In this document: positions 43,673-53,934 of the stretch, one piece after another | How positions within the stretch are numbered: the first letter of the stretch is position 1 | Layout of the letters: the number at the start of each line of letters is the position of its first letter | NCBI GenBank assembly: GCA_963817895.1 | Contig: CAWFQB010000004.1 | Span: forward strand, 576,001 to 640,000 | From: an uncultured Chthonomonadaceae bacterium | GTDB lineage: Bacteria; Armatimonadota; Chthonomonadetes; Chthonomonadales; Chthonomonadaceae | Direction: 5' to 3' | Length of the DNA stretch: 64,000 nucleotides | Notes under the pieces: model-generated | The model's database searches: none | What the model saw: only the letters and a program-made list of their open reading frames with translations | What the model was told of the DNA's origin: nothing | Program-made: the position numbers and the translations under genes

Positions 43673-45709
43673 TTATGGTTGCGTCGGCTGCGCCTGATAC
43701 AACAACAGGCGAAATTTGCCGAACACAACGAAGCGCCGGATGCAATGTTGGGGCGTTATCCATTGCGGATAGTGGCGTTCCCACCAGCGCAGGGGATTGG
43801 GGCCTTCAAAGATCAGGATGTAGCAGGGACGGCCCGCAAAAGTTTCTACCGGCCTGTCGTCATTGCACAGCCCGGGGATGACATTGATTGCTGTAAATTG
43901 GCTGCGCAGGGTCAATCCCGGCGCGGGATCGCCAATCAGCACGGCGTTGGCAGGCAAATTTTGCTGCATCCAGCGGTCACAGTCGCGCTGCGTGTACCGG
44001 ATATGGCCCGCCCAATCCAGCAGCCAACCGGCGTTGATAATCCCCCACAGCAGCATGAGTGATATGGGAAGCAGGCTGCGCTTATGCGCTTCGCCGACGC
44101 TGCTCATGAACCGGCTTATACCATCTAAATTCTTTTGCCGGTTAGCAAGGCCTGCGGCCAACCGTCCTGCGGACGAAGAAACAGGTTGTGTCCTCGGACT
44201 GTTATTTGGTTGTTCAGACTGGCCGACAGTTGGCGTTGCGAACCCAAGCTGTAGCAACAAGCCCGTTCCAATCGTTATTCCGTAAAGCAGCGCATCCGCG
44301 CCCGTACTGCGATGTTGCAGAGCCGCTTCCAGCAAATGATAAATCAGCAACGTCCCTAACAATGCGCGACGGATAGGCGAGGCGGTTATGATACGCGCCA
44401 CTTCATGAATATGCGCCAGCGCCAGCGCGGCGAGCGCGGCGAGCGCGGGATAAAACAACACATAATAACGGGGCGGCGAATAGCGCACAAGGGCAAACGC
44501 TGTAAGCATGATACCCACCCACAGCATCAAAAAGCGAATCGCCTGTACGCTATAACGAGCGGCTTGCGGTTGCGTCGCGTCCATTCGCAGGCGCAAATCG
44601 GGCCATGCAAGCAGCCATGCCAGCGCGAGCGTCCACTGCACGGGCGAGTGGCGGAACAGATAGGAAGAAAACCCCCGTTCGTTGCCGAACAGCGAGTGTC
44701 CAATGTTGTGCCGGATTTCTTCCAGACCGCGCGGCATCAACTGCTGCGCCATATAAAAGTGGTTGACGGTTTGCAGGGACGCGCGATTGGGCAGATACCA
44801 GACGCAAATGTAGACAACAAGGCCAAGCGCAAGTCCCGTCAGCAGGCCAAAAAGTGGCAACTGCGACAGGGATTGCGGCGCGGGCAGGCTGTCAGCGGAA
44901 CGTTTCGTAACGTTGGAATGTTGGCCGCGCCATGCCAGAAACAATAGCGCGGGCAGCAGCAGCGCGCTCAGTCCGCGAATGGCATACGCCGCCATCATAA
45001 GCAATCCACAACATGCCATCCAGAAGGCGTTGGAGTACCTCACCCCAACCCCTCTCCTGGCCGCTCCTTCGTCGCTAGGAGAGGGGCTATTTAGATTTAC
45101 CCCCCTTTTGATTGTTCCTTCGTCATCAAGAGTGGGGCTTTTTATGGCAACGCCGGAACTATTCGGCGCGTTGTTAGCATCAATGGATGCGTTTTCAATA
45201 ACGACGGGAAAGGCGCGGACGAATGCATAAAAGCAGGCGACAAGCGGCAACTGCGCGGGCGTGTCCATTAGCGCCATTCGATTGTACAGCAGGTTGATAT
45301 GGTCGAAACCGAGCAATAGCAGCGCGGGCAAAGCCACTCGCGTTCCGAAAGCGCGGCGGCAGGCGGCGTAAAACAGCCCCATTGTGGCGAAACTGAACAC
45401 GACCGAAATCATGCGCGACGCCACAAGGCTGACACCGAACACGCGGAAAACGCCAACCTGTATAACGTGCAGCAGGGGCATAATCAGGGCGTTATGAAAA
45501 TTATCGCCCACAACGTGGATACTGCCTGTTAAAATCAGGTTACGCGCGTCATGGCAATAGAAGGCCTCGTCCGTGACAAGTTCGCTGCTCCATGTCAGTC
45601 CGGCGTAGCCGTCGCTGTCGAGCCAGAGGACGCGCAGCAATGCCAGCAAACTTACAATGAAACCGATACAAAGGATTCTGGTAAGCTGCCGGCGTTGCGT
45701 TTTAGACAT
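43673..45709 (-). CDS. GT-C fold membrane glycosyltransferase (ArnT/PMT_2, GT39/83-like)
   Basis: DEAFY after the first TM, FGVSLVASRMISV, NRMALMD, PPRYYV; polytopic. Confidence 0.75.
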   Translation of the reverse strand: MSKTQRRQLTRILCIGFIVSLLALLRVLWLDSDGYAGLTWSSELVTDEAFYCHDARNLILTGSIHVVGDNFHNALIMPLLHVIQVGVFRVFGVSLVASRMISVVFSFATMGLFYAACRRAFGTRVALPALLLLGFDHINLLYNRMALMDTPAQLPLVACFYAFVRAFPVVIENASIDANNAPNSSGVAIKSPTLDDEGTIKRGVNLNSPSPSDEGAARRGVGVRYSNAFWMACCGLLMMAAYAIRGLSALLLPALLFLAWRGQHSNVTKRSADSLPAPQSLSQLPLFGLLTGLALGLVVYICVWYLPNRASLQTVNHFYMAQQLMPRGLEEIRHNIGHSLFGNERGFSSYLFRHSPVQWTLALAWLLAWPDLRLRMDATQPQAARYSVQAIRFLMLWVGIMLTAFALVRYSPPRYYVLFYPALAALAALALAHIHEVARIITASPIRRALLGTLLIYHLLEAALQHRSTGADALLYGITIGTGLLLQLGFATPTVGQSEQPNNSPRTQPVSSSAGRLAAGLANRQKNLDGISRFMSSVGEAHKRSLLPISLMLLWGIINAGWLLDWAGHIRYTQRDCDRWMQQNLPANAVLIGDPAPGLTLRSQFTAINVIPGLCNDDRPVETFAGRPCYILIFEGPNPLRWWERHYPQWITPQHCIRRFVVFGKFRLLLYQAQPTQP

Positions 45710-45750
45710 GGACTGCTTTCAAAGCTATTCTCGTTCGCGTCGCTCGCAGG

Positions 45751-46521
45751 CTACTCCCGTTGATTTGGGTTGCCCGCTTCCGTCACGTCGTACTTGCTTT
45801 CGTGATACAACACGCGCACAAAGCGTCCCAAAACGTTTGCGCGGGGCAGCGTTCCCCAGAATCGGCCATCATCGCTGTTGTTGCGATTGTCGCCAAGCAC
45901 AAACAAATGTCCGGGTGGAACGCGCAACGGCTCGTATACGGCATAAGGAAAGTCATACCCCATGCGGTTGTCTACGGGTAGGAGGGGGTAGGCTTCCGGC
46001 AACGCCTTACCGTTCACAAGCAGAGTATTCCCCTGCAACTGAATGGTATCGCCGGGGAGTCCCACCACGCGCTTAATCAAAATCTCGGACCTGCCCGAAC
46101 TGGCGTTACCCGATCCGTTTTGATCCGCCCCGTCCGTGTCTTCATCCGCGTCTTGACTGGTATGGCTGCGCGTGGCCGCGTCTACCGTGTCGCTTGAAGT
46201 TAATTGCGAACCTTCGGGGGGTGGCGTGTTCGGCATCCGAAAAACAATAATGTCGCCGCGTGAGGGCATCGCGCCGAACGGATACGCCAGCCATTCACGC
46301 ATGGTGACAATATGGTCACCGGGGCGCAGATTGGGTTCCATAGACTCCGAGGGAATGAAATTGTGCGTGAATCCTGCCGCAATAAAAATGGTGACGGTCA
46401 GCAGCAGGTACATGAAGCCCTGCCGAATTTTGTGTCGGTACGCGCTGCCGTTTTCAGGCTCAGGATGCGTCTTGTGGCGTATCCTTTCTGTTTTCGATTT
46501 TGTTAGCAATGCCGCTGTCAT
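45751..46521 (-). CDS. lepB: Signal peptidase I
   Basis: IPSESMEPNL (Ser), RGDIIVF, LIKRVVGLPGD (Lys), FVLGDNRNNSDDGRFWG. Confidence 0.92.
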   Translation of the reverse strand: MTAALLTKSKTERIRHKTHPEPENGSAYRHKIRQGFMYLLLTVTIFIAAGFTHNFIPSESMEPNLRPGDHIVTMREWLAYPFGAMPSRGDIIVFRMPNTPPPEGSQLTSSDTVDAATRSHTSQDADEDTDGADQNGSGNASSGRSEILIKRVVGLPGDTIQLQGNTLLVNGKALPEAYPLLPVDNRMGYDFPYAVYEPLRVPPGHLFVLGDNRNNSDDGRFWGTLPRANVLGRFVRVLYHESKYDVTEAGNPNQRE

Positions 46522-47674
46522 TGTCCGCTCCCCTGATTCTGGTCAGGACATCTACGAACTCGCGAAAAAAATACGCGCTGTCGGTCGGGCCGGGTGACGC
46601 TTCCGGGTGATATTGTATCGAAAATATCGGAAGCTCTTTGTGGCGCAAACCCTCTACCGTGCCGTCGTTGAGGTTGACGTGCGCCACTTCCATGCCGTTT
46701 TGCAGGCCGTCCGGGTCAACGGCATAGCCATGATTCTGAGACGTGATATACACCTTGCCGGTGCGCAGGTCTTTCACGGGATGGTTGCTGCCCCGATGCC
46801 CGAACTTCAGCTTGAAAGTGCGGCTGCCGAAGACATGCCCCAGAATCTGGTTGCCCAGACAAACGCCCATGATGGGTTTTTTGCCGACCAGTTCGCGTAC
46901 CGTTTCGACCACATAGCCTAATTGTGCCGGATCGCCTGGACCAGGAGACAACATAATCCCGTCGGGGTTCTCACGCAGAAGTTCCGTCGAAGTCGCTGTA
47001 CATGGATATACGATAGTCTCACAGCCCAGATTAGCCAGACTGCGCACGATGTTGTACTTTACGCCACAGTCCAGCAGAGCAATCCGCAAAGGGGCTTCCG
47101 CTCCTGACGGTTGGGCTGTATCATCGGCAATCGCGCCCGGTAACTGTAGCGGGAGGGGCTGTTGGCTGTGCGCAAGCCACCAGTACGGCTGTTCCGTCGT
47201 TACCTGACGATTGAGGTCTACACTCGCATACCGTTGGGAAGACTGCAAACGGCGGCTCGCTTGTTCCACAGTTTCATCGGTTGTGATTGTACCCATCATC
47301 ACGCCCCGAACGCGCAGGGCGCGGGTGAGGGCGCGGGTATCCACGTTTTTGATCGCCACAATGTTCTTTGACTTCAAATAGGCGTCAAGGTTCATTGCGG
47401 ATCGCCAGTTGCTCGGCGCGTCTTCACATTCACGGACGACAAAGCCCTCCACCTGTATGCGGCGCGACTCGAAATCATCGGGATTGATGCCGTAGTTGCC
47501 GATGAGCGGATAGGTGAGCGTGACGATCTGCCCCGCATACGAGGGATCGGTTAAAATCTCCTGATACCCGGTCATGCCGGTATTGAAAACGACTTCGCCC
47601 GTCGTCCTGCCGGACGCGCCGAGCGATTCGCCCGCAAATACGGTTCCATCTTCCAGTACAAGAAATGCTTTCAT
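46460..47674 (-). CDS. carA: Carbamoyl-phosphate synthase small subunit
   Basis: LVLEDG, GEVVFNTGMTGYQEILTDPSY, LSPGPGDP, GVCLGNQ, QNHGYAV, QYHPEASPGP. Confidence 0.95.
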   Translation of the reverse strand: MKAFLVLEDGTVFAGESLGASGRTTGEVVFNTGMTGYQEILTDPSYAGQIVTLTYPLIGNYGINPDDFESRRIQVEGFVVRECEDAPSNWRSAMNLDAYLKSKNIVAIKNVDTRALTRALRVRGVMMGTITTDETVEQASRRLQSSQRYASVDLNRQVTTEQPYWWLAHSQQPLPLQLPGAIADDTAQPSGAEAPLRIALLDCGVKYNIVRSLANLGCETIVYPCTATSTELLRENPDGIMLSPGPGDPAQLGYVVETVRELVGKKPIMGVCLGNQILGHVFGSRTFKLKFGHRGSNHPVKDLRTGKVYITSQNHGYAVDPDGLQNGMEVAHVNLNDGTVEGLRHKELPIFSIQYHPEASPGPTDSAYFFREFVDVLTRIRGADNDSGIANKIENRKDTPQDAS

Positions 47675-47695
47675 TCGGCTCCTAAACATGGCAGG

Positions 47696-49345
47696 TCAGG
47701 CCAGCGCGTCTTCACCATACAAACATGCGCCACCAACCCAGGTGCCTTCAACCTTTAACTGTTCCCATTCATCAATGGGTGTTTGCGTGGGATCGGCGGA
47801 AAGCAGCACAAAGTCGGCCCATTTGCCCGTTTCCAGACTACCCCGGTCGCGATCCGTGTGCGTGGCATAAGCGGGCGCGGAAGTGTAGTTGTATAAAGCA
47901 ATGTCGGGCGCGAGACATTCTGCGGCATCCAGTATATGCCCGGACGGAGTTTTGCGCTCAATGGCGGCTCTCAGTCCGTCGAGGGGCGCGCCGGGTACGA
48001 CCGGGCAATCGGAACTGAACGCCTGCGCGACATTTTGCTGATCCAGTGTGGCATACGGCGACAGGCGATTGGCGCGTTCTTCGCCCAATGCCATGACATA
48101 CGCATCCCCCAATTGCGACAAAAACTCCGGCTGCCCGATGCTCCACACGTTCTGGCGACGCAAGCGGGCGATTAAATCCGGGTTGAGCAGCATACAGTGT
48201 TCGATGCGGTGGCCGGGACGGAAACGGGTGTTTTCCCGCTGCGCGTCGGCATACGCCGACAAAACTAGATCAACCGCCCGGTCGCCAATCGCGTGTGTGG
48301 CGATTTGCCAGCCCGCAAGGTGCGCCTTCAGGATGTACTCGCGCAATTCGTCCGGCGGATGCAGGGGGATGCCACAGTCGTTAGGCTGTCCGGCCATGCC
48401 CTCAAACGGTTCGGTCAGCCAGCACGTCCGGGTCGTAATCGCGCCGTCGCTGAACAGTTTCGCCTGCCCGACATGGAACTGATGCCAGCTTAACCCCTGC
48501 CACTCCGGCTGCAAATCATCCGGATTTGGAATAACTCCGTCACCAACATGCTTCATCACTTCGGCCCACGCGACCATCCCATTCGCGCGTACCTGCAACA
48601 CTTTGTCCGCAGCCGCGCGGGCAAAAACGCCAATATCATTTGTGGCTAAATTCGAGTCCGTCGCGCTCGTGATGCCGCGTTCCAGCAGATATTGGTTGGC
48701 GCGTCCCAATGCGGCAACCTGTTCGTCCGGGCTGACGTGTGGCAAAATACGGTCAAGATCGTTCCAGCTTGCGGTTTCCAGCAGAACGCCGTTCGCTTCC
48801 CCCTGCGCGTCGCGGACAATTTCGCCGCCAACCGGGTTCGGCGTATCATTTGTAATGCCAAGCATTTGCAGGGCGCGGGTATTGACCACTGCGGCGTGTC
48901 CCGACGTATGCACAATCCGAACCGGTATTGCGGTAGAGACTAAATCCAGATCGTGTCGCGTGAGATGTTCCGGTGGCGACAGTTTGTTCTGGTCGTAGCG
49001 GTTGCCCTGAACACACGTCAACTCTGGTCGCGCATCCAATCGCTCCCGCAACAACCGAATAATGTCCCGCTTATCCTTTACGGGCGGCGAAGCCAGATTG
49101 ACATGCCCTAAATTGATGCCGAGCCACTGAATGTGCAGGTGACAATCGAAAAATCCCGGCAACAGCGTTCGTCCACGCAAATCTATCTGCCGCGTTCCCG
49201 CGCCTGCCAGATTCCGAACCTCATCATTGCTTCCCACCGCCACAATGCGCCCGTCCTGCCCGACCGCAACCGCCTGCGAAGACAACTCCGCGCCCGTCAT
49301 GGTCAGCACATTGCCGTTATAAAGAATTGTCGCCGTGTTAGCCAT
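47696..49345 (-). CDS. Amidohydrolase_3 (YtcJ-like) metal-dependent hydrolase
   Basis: PGFFDCHLH, SGHAAVVN, KLFSDG, HAIGDRA, HRIEHC, SSDCP, GKWADFV. Confidence 0.88.
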   Translation of the reverse strand: MANTATILYNGNVLTMTGAELSSQAVAVGQDGRIVAVGSNDEVRNLAGAGTRQIDLRGRTLLPGFFDCHLHIQWLGINLGHVNLASPPVKDKRDIIRLLRERLDARPELTCVQGNRYDQNKLSPPEHLTRHDLDLVSTAIPVRIVHTSGHAAVVNTRALQMLGITNDTPNPVGGEIVRDAQGEANGVLLETASWNDLDRILPHVSPDEQVAALGRANQYLLERGITSATDSNLATNDIGVFARAAADKVLQVRANGMVAWAEVMKHVGDGVIPNPDDLQPEWQGLSWHQFHVGQAKLFSDGAITTRTCWLTEPFEGMAGQPNDCGIPLHPPDELREYILKAHLAGWQIATHAIGDRAVDLVLSAYADAQRENTRFRPGHRIEHCMLLNPDLIARLRRQNVWSIGQPEFLSQLGDAYVMALGEERANRLSPYATLDQQNVAQAFSSDCPVVPGAPLDGLRAAIERKTPSGHILDAAECLAPDIALYNYTSAPAYATHTDRDRGSLETGKWADFVLLSADPTQTPIDEWEQLKVEGTWVGGACLYGEDALA

Positions 49346-49374
49346 AAAAACCTCGAAAAGAAACTCAATGATGA

Positions 49375-49583
49375 ACCGCGAAACACGCGAAATACACGAA
49401 AAGACAAAAAGAAGAACAAAAGAGAATAGACAGGATTAACAGGATTTTCAGGATGAACAGGATTATATGCAGAGAAGGTGGGGCAGTCCTTTTCTCTCCT
49501 CTGTGAAACCTCTGTGTCTCTGTGTCTCTGTGGTGAACGTCTGTTTTTGTCCTCTTTTCGTTTGTTTCGCCTGTTTCGCGGTT
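49375..49583. repeat. Nested inverted 9-mer tandem repeats
   Basis: AACCGCGAAACACGCGAAATACACGAAA / TTTCGTTTGTTTCGCCTGTTTCGCGGTT enclosing ACAGGATTA-type and CTCTGTGT-type repeats. The left arm also occurs at about 3376-3403. Confidence 0.7.
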
Positions 49584-50875
49584 TATAATCGTATGACGCG
49601 CCCGCCGACAACCGTAAAGGCCGCTTTGCCCTGCACGTTCATGCCGTGAAAGGGCGTGTTTTTGGATTTAGACTGCACTTTGTCGCGGTCTATAGCCCAT
49701 TCGGTTTCAAGGTCGAATACGGCTATATCGGCGGGCGCGCCGGTTTGCAGCGTTCCCACGCCTTCAGGCATGTTCAGGACGCGGGCGGGAACATGCGTCA
49801 TTTTGGCGATGGCGTCCGAAAAGGTTAAAATACCGGGCTTGACCAGCGTTGTGTACACCAGCGGGAAGGAGGTTTCCAACCCTAAAATGCCGAAGGGCGC
49901 GGCATCGAACTCTACTTCCTTTTCGTATTCGGCGTGGGGCGCGTGGTCGGTCACGATGCAGTCAATGGTTCCGTCCGCCAATCCCTGCTTCACGGCTTCA
50001 CAGTCTTCCGGTGTGCGCAGGGGCGGGTTCATTTTAGCGTCGGTTTTGTAGCCCATCACGGCCTCATCCGTCAGCGTCCAGTGGTGGGAGCAGGCTTCCC
50101 CGGTCACGTTGATGCCGTCCGCTTTAGCGCGGCGGAGTAGTTCAACGGTTCCCGCTGTGGAGATGTGCAGCAGGTGCAAATGGCAGCCCGTCAGTTGCGC
50201 CAGCAGGATATTACGGGCAACGGCAATGTCTTCGGCAACGCGCGGTATACCGGGAATCCCCAACACCGTTGCCGTGTAGCCCTCGTTCATCGCGCCTTTT
50301 TCGGTTAATTGTTTGTCTTCGTTGTGCGTCATCAGGCACAGGTCGAGCATCCGGCAGTATTCCATAACGCGGCGCATGGTTTCGGCGTTTTGCAGGGGAA
50401 AAGCGTCGTCGGAAATGGCGCAGGCTCCCGCCGCTTTCAATTCCGCCATTTCGGTCAATTGATCTCCCTGCATCGCCCGCGTTGCCGCGCCAATCGGATG
50501 CACCCGCGCGCTGCCGACCTGCTCCGTCCGCTCCAAAATCTGGCGAACAACCGCAGCCGTATCAATTGCGGGATTGGTATTGGGCATACAACAGACTCGC
50601 GTAAATCCGCCCGACGCAGCCGCCCTCGTTCCACTTTCGATGTCTTCCTTATACTCCTGCCCCGGTTCCCGCAAATGGACGTGAATATCTATCAGGCCGG
50701 GCGTAACCACCATGCCCCGTGCGTCCAGCTTCTCCGCGTCGGCAAACTCCGAACCCGCCGCGCCCGGATCAACAATGCCCGCAACACGGTCGCCGTCAAT
50801 CAGCACATCTGCAACACAGTCTATATTTTGTGATGGGTCAACAACGCGCCCGCCAGATAGAATTTTTTTCAACAC
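49583..50875 (-). CDS. pyrC: Dihydroorotase
   Basis: PGLIDIHVHLREPG, CMPNTNP, HIST, KMNPPLR, TDHAPH, SKNTPF. Confidence 0.95.
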   Translation of the reverse strand: MLKKILSGGRVVDPSQNIDCVADVLIDGDRVAGIVDPGAAGSEFADAEKLDARGMVVTPGLIDIHVHLREPGQEYKEDIESGTRAAASGGFTRVCCMPNTNPAIDTAAVVRQILERTEQVGSARVHPIGAATRAMQGDQLTEMAELKAAGACAISDDAFPLQNAETMRRVMEYCRMLDLCLMTHNEDKQLTEKGAMNEGYTATVLGIPGIPRVAEDIAVARNILLAQLTGCHLHLLHISTAGTVELLRRAKADGINVTGEACSHHWTLTDEAVMGYKTDAKMNPPLRTPEDCEAVKQGLADGTIDCIVTDHAPHAEYEKEVEFDAAPFGILGLETSFPLVYTTLVKPGILTFSDAIAKMTHVPARVLNMPEGVGTLQTGAPADIAVFDLETEWAIDRDKVQSKSKNTPFHGMNVQGKAAFTVVGGRVIRL

Positions 50876-50897
50876 ACTCTCCTCGAAAACATCAACC

Positions 50898-51263
50898 CTA
50901 CAAATCGTCTACTGTGGCAAGTCCGCCATCTCGAAATTGCGCGACAAGTTCTTTATCGTCAAGCAAAGCCGTTCCAAGTAAAGGCCGCCTGCCTGTTGCC
51001 AGAACACGCACCGTTGTTTGTACGCCGTTCCAGCGAATGATAGCGACATGTACGGGAATGTCAACCATGCTGTCGTCTGCTAAATTGGCAGGCATACGAT
51101 GCAGAAAGGGTAAGTTCAGTGCCGCGACGACCGCAGGCGGCAACGTAAGATAGCCGGTAAAACCTGTATCTAAAACAAATTCGAGCAGCAAATCAGGCTG
51201 GCCGGGCAAGCAAAACGCAATCATCATTAGGATTTGACGATTGAAGACATTGCCGTTCATCAT
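50898..51263 (-). CDS. Clan AA (retropepsin-like) aspartic protease, AF_0612-type
   Basis: VLDTGFTGYL (DTG), LADDS, PLLGTALL. Confidence 0.8.
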   Translation of the reverse strand: MMNGNVFNRQILMMIAFCLPGQPDLLLEFVLDTGFTGYLTLPPAVVAALNLPFLHRMPANLADDSMVDIPVHVAIIRWNGVQTTVRVLATGRRPLLGTALLDDKELVAQFRDGGLATVDDL

Positions 51264-51529
51264 GGTAAGGTACGCTCCAAGATACCGCCAATGGCTTCTA
51301 CGGCATTGTAACCAATACGGAGGGCGTACAGCGTTGCGCCTGGATGGCGCACCTGCAAATGACGAGACGTTTCTATGCCCATATCGTCAATCTCATAATC
51401 GCCGCTGTCCACATCCATGACAATAAGTTTGCCGATGTTGGCGGGAGTTTCGATTTGTGGACGAAGTTGCTCGTATAATTGCCGCGCCCGTTCGTTCAGC
51501 GCAGTACTATTCGGAACCGTTGTCTGCAT
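51260..51529 (-). CDS. Small DUF5678-like protein
   Basis: GGAGG RBS; LYEQLRPQIE...GKLIVMDVDSGDYEID...LRIG; ATGA overlap with the protease gene. Confidence 0.7.
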   Translation of the reverse strand: MQTTVPNSTALNERARQLYEQLRPQIETPANIGKLIVMDVDSGDYEIDDMGIETSRHLQVRHPGATLYALRIGYNAVEAIGGILERTLP

Positions 51530-51560
51530 AAGTACCTCCTTTACAACTGACAGAGAAAGC

Positions 51561-51986
51561 CTATCTTTCAATTACGCTTTCTCCTACGGTTAATTCTTGC
51601 CAAGTGTAACGGCGTCTGTTGACGTTGTTCCGCTCAGGGCGAGGCTTGTGCGGCAGTTCGACTGCTTCTGTAAGCAGATAAAAACGGTGTTTGCCACGAT
51701 TGGATGCAAAGTAGTCTGCGCGATCATGAACATATTGGCGAATACGGTCACGACTTGAAGAAGCAACAAAACGCCAAGTAGTTTCATCATGAGGATCAAG
51801 CGTGCAAACAGAATCTACTGAGTAGATTGCATCCATTTCACCACCTTTCTGTCGAAACGCGAGGTACTTATCAGCAAATTCGAGGTAAGAAGCAGGACAG
51901 GAATATACACAGTTTGTTTTTAGCGCAATGTAAGAATCAGCGGCAGGAATGGAGAAAACTTGAGTTTGTGGTGAATGGTTGGTCAT
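51561..51986 (-). CDS. Hypothetical protein (AT-richer than flanks)
   Basis: 141-aa ORF with a GAGGAG RBS, immediately after pyrB. Confidence 0.6.
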   Translation of the reverse strand: MTNHSPQTQVFSIPAADSYIALKTNCVYSCPASYLEFADKYLAFRQKGGEMDAIYSVDSVCTLDPHDETTWRFVASSSRDRIRQYVHDRADYFASNRGKHRFYLLTEAVELPHKPRPERNNVNRRRYTWQELTVGESVIER

Positions 51987-52003
51987 GGTGTTTACTCCTC
52001 TGG

Positions 52004-52942
52004 TTATGCTTCTGCTCCGGTTGTCCCCTGCGTTCCCATGAGCGTGTACAAAACGGCCATGCGGACCGCGACGCCGTTTGTCACCTGTTCTTCAATCGCG
52101 CTGCGGATGCCGCCTGCGCCATCCGCGACATCGGCTGATATTTCAACGCCCCGGTTCATGGGGCCGGGGTGGAGGACAAGCACATCCGGTTTGGCGGCTT
52201 TCAGGCTGCTGCCGGTGACGCCGAACATGCGGCTGTACTCGCGCAGGCTTGGAAGCAGTCCACGCTCCTGCCGCTCGGTTTGCAGGCGCAGGACATTCAC
52301 CACGTCCGCGCCTTCCAGTCCGGCGCGTAAATCATCGAAAACCTGCACGGGCAGTTTTTCGGCGTCGGGCGGCAGCAGGGTGCGCGGGCCGACAAGCCGG
52401 ACGTTCGCGCCCATTTTGGATAATCCCCATATATTGGAACGGGCGACGCGGCTGTGGGTAATATCGCCGACAATCGCCACGTTCAAACCTGCCAGTTCGC
52501 CCTTGTGCTGCTGCATGGTGAGCATGTCGAGCAATCCCTGCGTGGGGTGTTCGTGCCGTCCGTCGCCCGCGTTGATAATGGGAATGTTCAGGTGTTCGGC
52601 GGCGAACTGCGGCGTACCAGAAACGGAATGGCGCATCACGATGCAGTCGGCTTTCAATGCCTGAAGCGTGAGCAGCGTATCCTTCAGGCTTTCGCCTTTG
52701 GCAACCGACGACTGCGCCACCGCGATATTGATGGCCTCTGCCGACATGATTTTGGCGGCCATTTCAAAACTGGTGCGCGTCCGCGTGCTGTTCTCGTAAA
52801 ACAGGGTAATCATCGCCCGCCCGCGCAGGGTAGGCACTTTCTTGACCGGACGCGCCAGAATCTCCTGAAAGGCAATGGCCTCATTCAGCAGATAGCGTAT
52901 GTCTTCGGACGTTGTTTCGCGCAGCGTGAGCAGATGTTTCAT
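52004..52942 (-). CDS. pyrB: Aspartate carbamoyltransferase catalytic subunit
   Basis: FYENSTRTRTSFE, KGESLKDT, INAGDGRHEHPTQGLLD, HSRVARSN, HPGPMNRGVEI. Confidence 0.96.
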   Translation of the reverse strand: MKHLLTLRETTSEDIRYLLNEAIAFQEILARPVKKVPTLRGRAMITLFYENSTRTRTSFEMAAKIMSAEAINIAVAQSSVAKGESLKDTLLTLQALKADCIVMRHSVSGTPQFAAEHLNIPIINAGDGRHEHPTQGLLDMLTMQQHKGELAGLNVAIVGDITHSRVARSNIWGLSKMGANVRLVGPRTLLPPDAEKLPVQVFDDLRAGLEGADVVNVLRLQTERQERGLLPSLREYSRMFGVTGSSLKAAKPDVLVLHPGPMNRGVEISADVADGAGGIRSAIEEQVTNGVAVRMAVLYTLMGTQGTTGAEA

Positions 52943-52944
52943 AG

Positions 52945-53050
52945 GATTTTCGATTTTCGATTTTCGATTTTCGATTGGGCTTGCCGCTCCTCTTCGCCTG
53001 TTGGAACAGCAAGGGGCGTCAATCGTCAATCGAAAATCGAAAATCGGCAA
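52945..53050. repeat. Inverted heptamer tandem repeat (GATTTTC / GAAAATC)
   Basis: (GATTTTC)x4 ... AATCGAAAATCGAAAATCG between pyrR and pyrB. Confidence 0.8.
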
Positions 53051-53052
53051 TT

Positions 53053-53629
<577 letters not shown>

Positions 53630-53642
53630 TCAGCCGGATATG

Positions 53643-53805
53643 CCAAAAACGCCTCCCCACGACCTGAAAAGGCCGACCGGCGAAGGCGTGTAGAAAGGGG
53701 GGGCGGCAACAGAACGGGCGCAAACCGCGTTATCGGTTGCGTGTTCTTTCTGCCTGTATTCCTGCCCCTTGCCAGCCTCACCGGACCAACTTAAAAGGAC
53801 GATGC
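53643..53805 (-). promoter_or_regulatory. PyrR-binding attenuator leader RNA
   Basis: The minus strand reads TCCTTTTAAGTTGGTCCGGTGAGGCTGGCAAGGGG (PyrR binding-loop consensus), followed by a terminator ACGCCTTCGCC...GGGGAGGCGTTTTT upstream of pyrR. Confidence 0.85.
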
Positions 53806-53934
53806 TCAAAAATCATACTCTTGCTTATGAAAAGGAGTCTAGCACATATCGGATAATGAAGTCAACTGCAATCGGCGCGTTGTTTTGGTAGAGCGGGCGT
53901 TAGAGGGTTGCCGACGCGCAAGCGCATAAAGAAA

